A stretch of DNA of 64,000 bases from Phoronis australis (Eukaryota > Animalia > Phoronida). Positions 1 through 12,479 of this stretch are shown piece by piece; position 1 is the first letter of the stretch; each line of letters starts with the position of its first letter. Where the stretch lies: contig NMRA01000375.1 in NCBI GenBank assembly GCA_002633005.1, positions 332,073-396,072 on the forward strand, written 5' to 3'. The notes beneath the pieces are model-generated. The model was not told where the DNA came from. It searched no databases and worked only from the letters and a program-made list of their open reading frames with translations. The position numbers and the translations under genes are program-made.

Positions 1-630
1 TTTTTGACTTTTGCCTCTCTTTCTGTGAAACCACTCCAAGGATGAATATGAAAATTGTCATATGTGCTTCCGATAAGAAGACCGCTGCTGATACTGATTT
101 TCGGACAGGTTCGACTACTCTGGCGACCTCTAGTGCCAATTTTTTGCATCCACAGCTGTCATCTCCATAATTCTTTGGAAGATCGTTGTGAAATATGGCA
201 GATATGTTCCTCTTAGTGGCAGTTTTATATTAGCCTCTGAAATTTGGTTTGTATTAAAGAGATAACTAGACCTTTTCATTTTCAGACAGATTCGTCTTAT
301 TCTAAACCACCTAGTGGCCATTTTTATTATTTTGAGTTTGTTTTTTAGCATTTGCCTCTTAGTCCGCCTAATTGCTCAAAAGATCATTAGCAGTTGTGTT
401 CCTGATGAAAATACCATGGCTGACTTACATTTTTGAACGGGTCTGGCACTTGTGAAATCATCCCCTAGTGGTGATTTTGTATTTTTTTTGAGACCAGAAC
501 TGTAGCTCCTGATTCCTTTGCAAGATATATGTGAACTTTTGCATGTGTTTTTTCTTGATATGTGATAATGGCTGCCTACAAGTTTTTGGATGGCTTTGAC
601 TTAGCCGCTGTGTCACCTAATGGCAATTTT
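1..630 (+). repeat. Old, diverged copy of the ~150-bp CTAGTGGC-core satellite (same family as the HINE-like arrays)
   Basis: Cores cctagtggcc (~310), cccctagtggt (~463), cctaatggc (~616) spaced ~152-154 bp; flanking words resemble the monomers at 58370-60568. Truncated by the window start. Confidence 0.65.
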
Positions 631-886
631 CTAATGTGGGATGGATTCAACATATTCTGCCTCATGTAAGGACCATTTTCATGGTACTAAAAACACCATG
701 AGAAGCAAACCGATTGCACTGCAGTCGAAGGCACTTTCAACTTCTTGCTTTGCTCTCCTTTAGAAATGGAAAAAGTAATGATTCGCTTATCTTCTCTATT
801 GTGTCATCAAGTTTTTGTCACTTCCATGATGCCTATCGCACTTGTGCTGCATCACGTCCCATGCTGATTAGTCACGTCTGCTTCTA

Positions 887-1030
887 CATGGGCGGCGCAC
901 CATAGGGGACTGGGGAGCTGTAGCCCCCTACTTTTCAGTGCTGCGCCGACTTTGGTCTATAAGTGGTGCACCACAGGGGTGCTGGGGGGAGCTTTGGCCC
1001 CCCACTTTTTTCAGTGCTGCACCGCCCATG
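887..1030. mobile_element. Short GC-rich MITE with 5-bp TSD
   Basis: TIR CATGGGCGGCGCA / TGCACCGCCCATG; TTCTA duplicated at 882-886 and 1031-1035. Confidence 0.75.
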
Positions 1031-2758
1031 TTCTATGGACTATTTTCGCTGGCTTGATGATGGGAAGGTGTCTCCATAGTAATGCTGGCTTTAGTCTTTC
1101 AGTTAGTGTGTACATTCAAAAGTTGGAAGACTGTAGTTATGTAGACAGTTTTGAACTGTCAATTGATTTGACTGTCCAAGCATGCTGCCTTTTTTCTCCT
1201 GTTATTGTGCTCTAAAAGCCCTTGATGTGACCTTGCAGCGAAAAGGCATAAGGAGATATTTTTCTTGAACTGCATTCGACTTAAATGTTCGAGTGAAAAG
1301 ATTTTGGGACATAATGAACCATCTTACTTTAAGGCAATCAAATACCTTTCCTACCAAAGGCCATGCTTCTTTAAATATCTTTTAAACTGTAACTCATCAA
1401 CCGTGTAACCATATATTTTCAAATCCTTAATCACAGAAACCTATTGTAACCAGGAAAATAATGCCTTACTGCTTGCAGTCACTTGATTGTCTGTGTTTTT
1501 TCTTAAAGAATTTGACCGGGGTGGGACAAGTTTGAGACTTTAACCGCGTTCTCTTTGACGCAATACCCGGGTCTCAAAGGACAAAAGGTTGTCTAGATGA
1601 AACCATAATGAGTAACCTTGTCACTAACATATAGTTTACAACTTTTCATTAAAATCATGGTAGACCTTGTTCTTCCACAGCAAAATTTCTTTTATCTGAA
1701 TGAATTGAAGTTGGTTACAATCCAATTGCCTAGCACGAGCATGCTTTCCATAGAGGCAAGAATCAGCAGCTTCCTTTGTGAGATTCTTGTGTCTATGAAA
1801 CTCTAGCCTGATCTTCCCTGTTACCACACCACCGTACTACCTTGGCGATTGAAACTAATCCAACCTGGCAAGTAACTTGATGAACCTATTTACTGAATTA
1901 AGGACAGGCTTATTCAGTTCTTCTCAAGCCTAGAAATCTTATTTAATCAAGGGTTGAAAGTTGCGGGCTTATGCCTCCTTTAGTAGGAAAGTTGTCAAAT
2001 GATCGAGATCAGTTTTTCAACATTTTTGACTGGTTTTCTGCTGCAAACTGTCTGTATCAATGTTTGTTTTTGATATCTACTCTTGTTTCATTTAACAGTC
2101 CCCAGTTCTTGTTTTGTTTCATTTGGCCACCAAGTCTCGATCAAAAACATGGTTTTGTGAAACAAGAAAAAAGACGTTTTCTTGTGCTCTCTTAAGCACA
2201 AGTTATAACCAGGGTTCTCTACCACGTAAAGGGCATCTGGCACCTTGCCGTACCATAAATTCTGTCCTTAGCCAGAACATTGAGTGTATCGGCAAGGAAG
2301 CAAGGTCGTCAAAAAAAACAGCAATTATGCCAGCGTATCATTGGCTGGTCTTCTATGGGTAAAAACCAATTTCTGTCACCTGTGTCATGATTTCATACGA
2401 TGCAGGTAACAGATATTCCGTCCAACTGACATTACCCTGGTTTTGAGGGTATGGCTAGGTACCCACAGACAATGCATGTCCTGCTTCTCTGGCTGGCCCA
2501 CCCTTACCATCTTCTGGCACGCCTTGTTGTCAATGATTTGACACAAGTATTAACCTGCAAACTGTGCTGTATTTTCATCATAGGCAAGAAGAAAATGTTT
2601 GTTAAACATTTGGACAGAAGTCTAAAACCAGATTAGGGTATGTGCCATGCAGTATTACATAATACCTGCCGTGTCAGAGGAGTGTGGAATAGCATAGTGA
2701 TGATGTGGCTAGCATGTGGCGTGCATGTAACCGACTGCTTTGTACCCCTAGGTTCACT

Positions 2759-2968
2759 ATGGCCACTCAGACGACCTTAGCCACGCAGAAACGCTACGTA
2801 GAGCAGCTCCGCATTGAGAACAGCATTCAGCGTACGCCCGTGTCCGAGTCTATCTCAATGATCATGAAGTTTATTGATGAGCACAGAAATGAGGACGCAA
2901 TGGTGGTCGGCTTCGCCAGTAAAAAGGACAATCCGTTCCTGGAAAAGAGTGGATGTACCATATTGTAG
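2759..2968 (+). CDS. GNG: Heterotrimeric G-protein gamma subunit (69 aa), invertebrate Ggamma1-like
   Basis: MATQTTLATQKRYVEQLRIE...DAMVVGFASKKDNPFLEKSGCTIL: GGL pattern (VEQLR, R-x-x-VS, NPF) and C-terminal CaaX CTIL. Acceptor AG at 2750-2751 just before ATG 2759 implies a 5' UTR intron. Confidence 0.93.
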   Translation: MATQTTLATQKRYVEQLRIENSIQRTPVSESISMIMKFIDEHRNEDAMVVGFASKKDNPFLEKSGCTIL

Positions 2969-5392
2969 AGGGGGGCCCTGTCTTGTGTAGTAGCGGGTGG
3001 GAGGGTGTGGGCTGGTGTAATAAAGGGGTACGTGCCACGTTATGTGGGTGCAAGGTGTAGTCAAGAGCTTATTAGTGTTTACGTTGTCACGTTTAGTGGG
3101 GGGAGGGCTGTCATATGTATTGGAAACTGTCATGTGTAGTAAAGGGGGGGAGGGTCACGTATAAGTGAGAGGGCATATCATTTCTCATAATAAGGGGCGT
3201 ATCACCTGTACAGGGAGGAAGAGTCTGCTCTCTGCTTTTCCTATACTGCATGTTCAGTAACACTGTTTAGTTATTGCCACAGACTTATTTAATGTAGCTT
3301 TTCTTCGACAAGCTTACCCTTGAATATTCATGAGACCATCATCCCTATGACCTGACTGTAACTTGCTAAGGATGGCTGAAACTGACCATGGCACATTCCT
3401 GAGCATGACGCCCTAGCTATTAATCCTAGCTCGGCTTCACCACTGTTAATGCTTCATTGAAGCCTGGGTTAGTTCTCAGCATGTCCAGAAGCGAATTGCA
3501 TGATCGTGAATTGTCTTTTAATTTCTATTGGAAAAATTATTATGTATTGTACCACTGCCAGGAGTGTTGTGCTGACGAGATGTCGCAGGTCTCTGGGAAA
3601 TTAGTTTGTCTACGTGTAACATTTTCTGTTTATGAAAGTTCTGACCCAGTATTCATCTGGTTTTCTGTTGTGTTGTTATGCAGATTAATGATGTAGTTTT
3701 CAGATTAGGTGTCTTTTAACATTTTATGTTTGAACAAATCATGATAGTCACCTCAGGTTGACACTATGATTCACTCTGACACAGCGTTGGTTGGCAACAC
3801 TGGCATACATGGTTTTGTTGGAAGTCGGGGAGGGGGGAGCTCCTCTCGGGTGCTATGTTTGAAAATAAGAGCGAACTGCAGCTACATCGACAATTAAGAG
3901 TGATGCTGAGGCCAAAAAAATAGCATAACTGGTTCTGTCTGCTGTTAATTTATTTCAAAACCTTCACCTCATAGCTGACATCAGGTTATACAGGGAAAGG
4001 AGGAGGATTGGAACCCATTCCAGCTAGCGTCAAATGACGCTGGAGGTGAAAAAAAGATCCCAACTCATTTTAGCTAGTGTCAGGTGACTTCCTTTTTGAA
4101 AACATATTCAACTGAAAATGCTGCACCAACCCATCACTTTTTTTAGAAAAACAAACAGACCAGAATCAACTATGCTCTTTGGTTTATTTTTTCAATACTT
4201 AAGTTATGACCTCACACTTAAAGCAGCAATGATTCAATAAAGCAACAGAACAGGTCTAACATTCTCTACTGCTGTAGCTTATCATCGGTTGACCATATGT
4301 CAAGACAATAGTGTCAAACTAGGATATGCACACCAAGTCCAGCTCACAGGGAAGCCTTTGGGTCATAAAGTTGTGGTTTGACAGTCATTCCTGCCACCAG
4401 ATAGCGCTGTGTTGGAGTGTTGCTGCACTCCAGATATTCTAGAGATGTACAGTAAAACTTCCTTAATTTTGGAGCGGAAATATTTTTATTGTTAAGTGTT
4501 GGTGTCTGAAATTATCAAAAGAGGTTTTGCAGGGAATTATTTATGCTTCTGTCTGAAAACTAAAAAATGTTGATAATGGGTGACTTCAAATTCAGCAGTT
4601 GGTGCTCATAAAAAAGGCTACTGTGTTTTGATTGAGAGCATGGAGTATGGTCACGTTCCACAGCGCCAGATATTCGCCAGCTAAAACTGGTGAAGTCCTA
4701 TGCTTTGCTTGCACCAATTATACAATACATGAGGATATGTTGAGAAGACTGCGTATCTCGCCAAATTCGCAAGAAATTGGTCTTGTGTGGTGATGCCCTC
4801 TTCAGCAGCAGGGGGTTAATGTGGGATGAAAATCACACTAATGTTTATCTGAATGTATGGTGTTTTAGTGGGTTTGGACCCTTGTTTCAGTAGCACCACC
4901 TTGTGAATTTCGAATGAACCATTCAAACTTGTGGCATGTTTTGGTTGTTTCATTGAAGTGACCCAACCGAAGTAGGGAAGTTTCTCCGAACTTGGAAACA
5001 AAGAGATATTACCCATGAATGAATATATTGCTTTATACTGACCGTGTAGTAGAGATTCATCATGTGTATTTGATAGGTATTGTGTCTAGTTTCTGCCTCA
5101 TTATACTGACATATCACTGGCTGGATGTATACAGTTCTGCACTGGCAATAAACTAGACTATATTCCGAATTGTCGTTGGTCATGTGAGTGATAACGAACA
5201 CATGCTGTCTGTTTGGGTCGAGTCATGTGAAAGGCCGATTTCAAATTGCACTTGGGGAAAGTTAAATTTGCTTTTTGCCGTATTTAGTTGGCTGAAAAAC
5301 GAAAATTGAATTCGCCTTGTACTCTCGTAAAATCTGTTGGCCATCCCCAAATAAACTCAACGTTATCTCTAGGGTACAACAACGGACACCAG

Positions 5393-5655
5393 GGTTCCGT
5401 TTCATTAAAACTGACTTAAGACAGAAATTTGGTCTAACGCTCCACACTAGTATTTCTGAAAAACATTTAAATGTCACTTGAGCAAAAATGCAAACTCTGA
5501 GAATATAAACATAAATCCTTAAAATTATGATAATTTTTGATGAATTACTCCTAGACTGAGATGTTGTTCCACAATTATTTGGTTAAACCATTATTCATCA
5601 GTTGGTAGTCCGAATTTCTGTCGCAAGTCTTCAGTCACTTTTCATGAAACAAACC
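5393..5655. mobile_element. PIF/Harbinger-like MITE
   Basis: Imperfect TIR ggttccgtttcattaaaactgac..gacagaaatt / aatttctgtc..cacttttcatgaaacaaacc; CAG on both flanks (5390-5392, 5656-5658). A similar decayed element lies at ~52400-52625. Confidence 0.55.
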
Positions 5656-8109
5656 CAGAGTTCAAATTTAAACGCGACTTTTTGTGACAATGCAGCGTTT
5701 TCATTTTGATGGGCGGGAAAGGTCGCATAAGTATCTTCTGCGTCAACTTTTGAAAGTACAGTCAACGAGTTTACTTTTCCAAGTCCGTTTTTCTACTAGA
5801 AGTTTCATATTGGGTCTGTTGTCTGGAAAACGGAGGGGTGCAAGCCGCTCTTTTCTATTGAAACCCCTTAGAGTCGTTGGCCGCTTCACTTGTGCGGTGT
5901 CCTGTGTTGCAGATGCCGAGGGGGTAAAAGTCGAATTTAACCATACTCAGATGCAGTCTCGCTCTCTGTGTGAGTGTTACTGTAGGTAACAAAATCTTCT
6001 CTAGCACACTATTTCAAAAACATCTTGGTTTTAATTAAATGGTTTACATTTTGGTGCGCGCACCTCATTTCCTATTTTGGCGAAGTTTCTGACAAATGCG
6101 CATCAGTTGAAATTTGCGTCTACGGTATATATGAAACTGTGCCTATGTACATCGTGCGTGCGCCTGCATGTGAAAGGCTTCTAAGAACAAGTTTTTGAAG
6201 TAACATGCGCGCAAAGCTTATCCGACTTAAGACATACGCGTGTATGCTAGGTACAGCCGCCTCCGCCAATAACTGAAGCTTTATGAGCGAAATCTTGAAT
6301 ATAAACGTAGTTTCTGAAGAAGCGTATTACATTGTACTTTGCGTATGTGCCTTGTTTCCAAATTTAAAAGGTTTCTCATCTTTGTGGGTCAATTTAGCCG
6401 ATTCGCTGTCGACAGTACTGTAGTGGTAAGTTTAGAGGTATGTGAACGCCCGAAGTCCAGCATATCATCTTGAGCGCAGAACTTTAAACGTATACTGAAC
6501 CCGCACAATGATAACCCACGTCTATTAATTTGAAACACCAGTACGTCGATTTCTATTTTATTAGTACATTGCCTTCGATCTTCCCTTAACCCCCTTTTTC
6601 ATATGTACAAGTCCTCCGCGCTTTTCTGTTTCACGTTCTCACTCCTCTTTTTCTAGTATTGGTTGTTATTGCTTCCTTTTCATTTCCTCCATAATTTTTC
6701 TGCACCGACTCTCCACCCACACGTTTCCTTTTTACAGTAGGTATGTTTGTTTGTATTTTGCGGCACATGGCGGTTCGTGTTTGTCTCCAGAGACCACCTT
6801 TGACTTGAATAGTTGCAATTTATTAAAACGGGCAGTGATCGAAGTAAACAAAATGAAGGGAACCCCGATCAAGTGGCTAAGGCCCAAAGATGTACAGTGC
6901 ATAAAGGCGTGTGCAAGTGGTGGCGATTGTGATCGGAAAACTTCGGACCAAGGCATGCGCATTGATGCCCACACTCGGAATTCGGTGTGTCGTTCATCAT
7001 GTTTCCACAGAGCCACATTTCAGTAGTATAGGTGGCGCTGTGTCAGAGGGCAGCGCAATACTGATCTATACCAGAATACATTGTGTCAGTGACTTTCGAA
7101 CACGACGTCTTAGTTAGGTACTGAAAGAACAAAGTTTACATTATATTGAGCAATCGCGTATAGTTAACTAAGATATTTCATTGTAACAATTCATAATGTG
7201 ATTTTTGGTCGAACTTACTTAGACCCTATGCGTTTTTTGTATATTTTACGACCGTGAATAGAAATTTAAAAAAAAAATCACGAGAACATTCAAACTTGAT
7301 ACGAATACGCTTTGTATTCCACACTAGTACCAAAACACATGATCAAAATATCTGAGCTGCAGTCACAAGCTAGTATCTCAGAATGCGTACAGTCAATGTT
7401 GTGTTGAGTCTGTACGCCTAAAGAAGGCGCTTAAATTGTGAGTAGGTGTGGCCCTTTCATAGATACGTGATGCCAAATGTAACATTCATCACACTCAGAA
7501 CACTTCAACTTGTGGAGAACATTTCTGTTACTGAGTCTAGGTGTTTCAAGCTTCAATTTTTCGAGAAAACGAGACAGGTTTTGGGTATCAAAAAGACAAA
7601 CCAGTTCAGACGATCCTGAAAACAGGCGAACGTTATCGGAAAAGACGATGCCATAGGTTTTTTAACTTAGAGCCCCGTCGCAATAAATGACAGGCTAGTG
7701 AAAGCTATTTAGTTCCTTTATTAATATACTAGTGCATTTCAAAACGCTTATGCACGTGTAACTGGTTTCAACGAATACGAAATTAAATGTTTAGGGAACC
7801 ACTTGCCAAGCGCCCCCTTTGGATACACAGAGTCAATACTATAGACTATACACATGCTGAAATACTTGCTAATTGGTCTCCTTGTCACTGAAATTTCACA
7901 TGAAAAGCCGCTGCCAATTCACGAACAAAAGACTAAATAGTATTTTTTAACAATACTGTTACAACGGTAGCGTTGATGTGACTGAATGCTGTGTGATTCT
8001 AACCAGTTGGGTTTAGGTTGTGAGATATTGTATAAGGAGCAATTTATTAGTTGCATATAGTCACTGCTGATGCTTAATCGAAACGTCTGTCATTTGTCGA
8101 GTATGGTTT

Positions 8110-8200
8110 GGCTCCACCAACAAAGCACTGGATTGCGACCGATGAAGTTGTGAGTCTGATTCCGCATTGAAGCTGATCTCAGAAAACCACTTTTCTCGTC
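8110..8200 (+). repeat. Decayed tRNA-derived SINE-like fragment
   Basis: Shares tgaagctg(a/g)tctcagaaaa..actt with the reverse complement of ~37860-37950, where a B-box-like GGCTCGAATCC is visible. Confidence 0.4.
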
Positions 8201-8348
8201 GATAATGTCAATTTAATTGCAGCTCTTTAACACGATGTTGTCATCTCGGCTGCGGTAGACGCGCGACCTCTGTAACGTAGTTTTGCATGTCTATATAACT
8301 ATGTATTGCTCTTCAAATGAGCGTGGTCTTTTCCACGACATTCCACTA

Positions 8349-8648
8349 GGGGTACCATAGAATCATACGCACGAATCACCTACATGTACGTATCTATGAA
8401 TCATCCGTACGAACCCAAAAATCACGAGCATCGAATCATTCGCACACATCACTAGTTTGGTGGTTCGTGCGTACTCGGTATGATTTGTGCTCGTATGAGT
8501 GATTTTTGTGGTTCGTGCACATGATTTTTGTGCGTATGCGTGCTTTTTGTGTTTGCACGCGTGATTCATGGGTTCGTATGCACGATTCATAGGTTCGTAG
8601 ATGATTTGTGAGCGTGATGCCCATTAATATGATTCTATATGATACCCC
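8349..8648. mobile_element. MITE with internal short-word repeats
   Basis: TIR ggggtaccatagaatcata / tatgattctatatgatacccc; interior rich in acgaa/ttcgt words. Confidence 0.5.
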
Positions 8649-8955
8649 CGTTCATAAACTGTGGACTTTGCTGGTTTTGTGGAATATTTGAAAATGCCTT
8701 TATTTACTGCAAGACGAAATTTTTTTCCACATGAGGTATGGTGTTCGTTAATTGGCTAGGCTTCGTGGAGTCAATGTTACCCATTTCAATCAGAAAAAAT
8801 AAACAAAAAGTTGCTTGCCAGTTGACACTTTCATAACATGATACACAGTGTGGTAATTGATGAGCTGTTGGTCCGGGGTGTAGTAAATTTTTATTATATT
8901 TGCCTTTGTATAGCTCTAACAATTGCGTTGATGTTTATTTCTATACAAACAGAAT

Positions 8956-9180
8956 ATGAACGTCAGCAACGCCAAGTTCCAGGAGACCGTCAATCAACAG
9001 CGCCACTTTGTGAGCCAGCTGCGACACGAAGCCAGTTATCAGCGCCAACCCATGTCGGTGACACTGGAAGACATCAAGAAATACTGCGCCCAGTATTACG
9101 ACGACGACGTTCTTATTCGCGGCTTCACTAAACAGAATGAAAATCCTTTCCGCGAAAAGGGAAGCTGTGTAATGCTATAG
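8956..9180 (+). CDS. GNG: Second G-protein gamma subunit (74 aa), tandem paralog
   Basis: QQRHFVSQLRHEASYQRQPMS...DVLIRGFTKQNENPFREKGSCVML: GGL pattern, NPFREK, CaaX CVML. Acceptor AG at 8951-8952 before ATG. Confidence 0.93.
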   Translation: MNVSNAKFQETVNQQRHFVSQLRHEASYQRQPMSVTLEDIKKYCAQYYDDDVLIRGFTKQNENPFREKGSCVML

Positions 9181-9385
9181 AAGGAAACACAAAACCTTAG
9201 ACCATCATAACTCGACAGCAAGACTACAATGTAACGCAGTAAAAAACAAACGTCGAGAACTAGGATGTAGAATTGCTTGATATCTGAAGAATGTGTATCT
9301 TTACACGTACATTATATTTTCTATTCGATTCTTTATTTTTCCACTGCTCAGAGCACAATGGCCGCACAATAACCAATGATGAGAC

Positions 9386-12300
9386 CATAGACATTTTAAA
9401 GGAGAATGCCACCCGATTTAATAAGTCTTTTTTGCCGTCTTAATAGGTCTATATCCACATCGCCTCGCATAAGGTCGACCTTACCTTGCCGAGAGAGGTG
9501 TTGCGTTAACCTGTGAGGAAGGTGAGAAACGACGCAGCGACGTCAGTGGTTCATTTGCAGAGTTAATGCCGCTACGTTGCGGTGCATCGTTTTTGGCCCG
9601 CTTGTCCGAACTATGCAGCCGCGAGGAAAGCGGGTATATCATTTTTTCGACTTCCTCGAGAGTCCGAAATGCTTAGGAAGTGGCTCGCGGTAGTGAAGAA
9701 TGAAAAGTACGCTGTTATGAGGCCGTGAAACATCTCCGTGTCTGTGGCCTGCAATCGTCGCGGGACAGTGCCTGACGGATGCCGGCTTACCGAATAACTA
9801 TCCATACGTTCCGTTGTCTGAGCTTGTTCACGGCGCCTCTCTAGTATTTCTTCATCATTATATTCCTGTTCGAACTGATAGCCTGTGAAACTTACCGATC
9901 CACCTGCGAAGTCTTCGTCGGGATGAGCTCTCGTCTAAGTCGGGATTACGAGTTGCCATGATGTTGACGTTTATTACTGAGCGTTCAAAATGAATTATTC
10001 TCACCCTCACCAATACTTATATAAAATAGAAACAAAGTCCTTCTCGTTAGATGTAATTTGTAATGCCTTTGGATTGGAGTGTACGTGAGTGCAAATGATT
10101 TGGGAAGCCATGGCAATGAATAAATCTCCGTGCGTTACCGGCTTCAGGTGCAATAAAACTAATTGACGGGACACCGAGGCCTTGTGAGCTCATGCTAATT
10201 CAGTGTTTGCTGACAGAACCTGTTGTGAAACAACTCGATTTCTATCCCTCGTCCAGGTGCTAGGGGAATCTTTATTTACATTTACATTATTCAAATAATG
10301 ATTGTCAATGTACAACTTCTGCCCTGACAGTTCTGCCGTGGCCAAAACGGAACGCGGCCCCCTACGAGTAACTAGATTTGCAGTTTCGTGGGCGAATTCA
10401 CCAACATAATCACGTGCACTTTACTTCTTTGGCTCACTAGTATAGTATTTTCTTGACTGGAATTTTAGTTTCCAACTTTGGGTGGTTNNNNNNNNNNNNN
10501 NNNNNNNNNNNNNNNNNNNNNNAGCGAAATAAAACAACTCGTTTTTATAAGAACTCGGTGTATTTTTAAGGGTTTTACATCGAAGTTTATGATTTATTGG
10601 TGTTAAACGATGAATTTAAGCAATAAGCTGACACCACTAACCCGTGTTGTGAACTGCTGAACGGACTGCGTGTGGAACCAATTACGTCACTGGATAATTT
10701 CAACACCTCCGTCTGCCGTCAGGTAACGCAACCGTACGTGCCCTTATGGAGTAAAACTATTCGATCTAAATTGATACAAATTAGATTGTTTTTGGGTGGC
10801 ATGCTCCTTTAATGCTATAGACGGGTCGCAAGCGCTACTACAGCTGACAACTTGACGCCATATTGGAGAGTGCTACTAGTCACGTGACACGGCTAATTGC
10901 CGTATAAACAAACGGGGTACATTGTCCTTTTCAAAGCGCGATATCTAACAAATAAAGAGGCCGAAATGTGTGATTAGTTCCAGAAACATACAAAAACATG
11001 TGACGTAGTACTTTTAACAGGCGTTTTTTAAGAGTTAATCAGTCGACTGGGAAAGTATCAAACTATTAGAAGATCGCAACCAGTGGCAGATTCTCGAGTG
11101 GCCTGAGCGGCTGCACGCCTTGAATCCAATGCGAGCGTTTTATTTTTTCGGTTTTTTTCAAGAGAATCCACTAAGATCGCGCAAATTTATCATTTAATTG
11201 ATATTGGCTACAGCGATCATCCGCCCAACTTGTTGTGATATACAACTTAACAAGTTAGATTCAACGGGAGAACGCCGTAATGTAAAAAGCAAAGAACACA
11301 GACTCAGTTCCTTTCCTGTGCATCGCTCGGAATTGCCAACGTACAAATATTCTTCTCTCACGCACGGTATTCCTCATTCACGGAGCTGAAGTCCCCCCGA
11401 TCAAGCACCAGGCACTTGTTGGCGTTTTGTAGTATCCCCGGACCGGTCCTATCCATCCCCGTATATACGTACTGCGCCACCCTCAGCCGAGAAATTTAAA
11501 ATAAACCCTTTTCACGCACGCTGTCTGCTTATCAAAACCCCCTGTTGCGGGGGAGCCATTGAATAATGACGGGACAGGTTTTCACGGACGTGGGATCATT
11601 TTTTCATGGGCTGAAAATTCTTCACATTAAATTTAGACCTTGTGAAAAAACTTACCGGGGTCATTTTTCACGGGGTCATAAATAATGCCACATCGGTTGG
11701 GTATAGTTCCATTCAGTTTGCTATGTAGGAAACTCTGCATTTTGGGTAAAGGTTTGATGCGCAATTCATTCGTACAGGTTTGATATTTGGTTACTATGCA
11801 CTTTACTTTTTGTGCAAGTTTCATCACAACACAGAGAGCTCCTAAGCAAGCAGTGCAAATCTACAAAATTTCCAGTATCAACTTCGACATCAATACAGGT
11901 TTTGCAGGCATTTGTTTGTTTTGATACAACAGAAAACATATGATTTTGGAATACATATTAAAAATGAGTTTTAAGGCAGTATATATTTCAATGGAGAATA
12001 CACTATTCACTTAGATGTATTGATTTCCATGGCTGGCGAGTAAGTTCGGGGATGTTATTTTTCAGAACAGGTAAAAATACATATGATTGTCATTAATACC
12101 TAATATTTTAGCAAAACAGCATCATCGCTGGATAACAGCATATGCTGGTCGATAATTATCTTTTTAATTGATCTTATATAGTCTCAATCGCAAGACTGAT
12201 GTGGAAACAAAGCATATAGTCGCTCCGCTTAAACTATGGTGGCAGAACATAAAAACCTAGTTGCAGCGCCACTAAACTGCATGGCCGAACCAAAAAACCC

Positions 12301-12479
12301 ATGACTCAATGGCAGGACCAAAAAACTTAACTCTTTGGCTACAGGCATAACACTGACTGATGCCGTAGGGATCCCAATGTTTTCCGCCATTTTTGTCCTG
12401 TGCAGCACTCTCCAATACGGCGTTGTATTGACAACGCGAGCTGCTGAGGGGCGCGCGCCCGGTCTATGTGATGTCTATG
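9386..12479. mobile_element. Non-autonomous DNA transposon with CATAGAC termini and 8-bp TSD (P- or hAT-type), interrupted by a Kolobok
   Basis: Ends CATAGACAT (9386) / ATGTCTATG (12479); flanks GATGAGAC (9378-9385) and TATGAGAC (12480-12487); subterminal IR gccatattggagagtgc (~10857) / gcactctccaatacggc (~12405). Confidence 0.65.
9400..10808. mobile_element. Kolobok-type non-autonomous DNA transposon (copy A)
   Basis: TTAA on both sides; TIR AGGAGAATGCCACCC / GGGTGGCATGCTCCT; minus-strand remnant GYQFEQEYNDEE (~9850-9885) resembles the YxFEP start of Kolobok accessory proteins; right end shared with 57549-58151. Confidence 0.8.

Noticed and set aside
2705-2758. N-terminal extension of the first G-gamma ORF
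   Set aside because: Starts at GTG and lies upstream of a splice acceptor; true start is ATG 2759.
6732-7117. Overlapping 68-94-aa ORFs between the G-gamma genes
   Set aside because: No recognisable motif or convincing splice signals.
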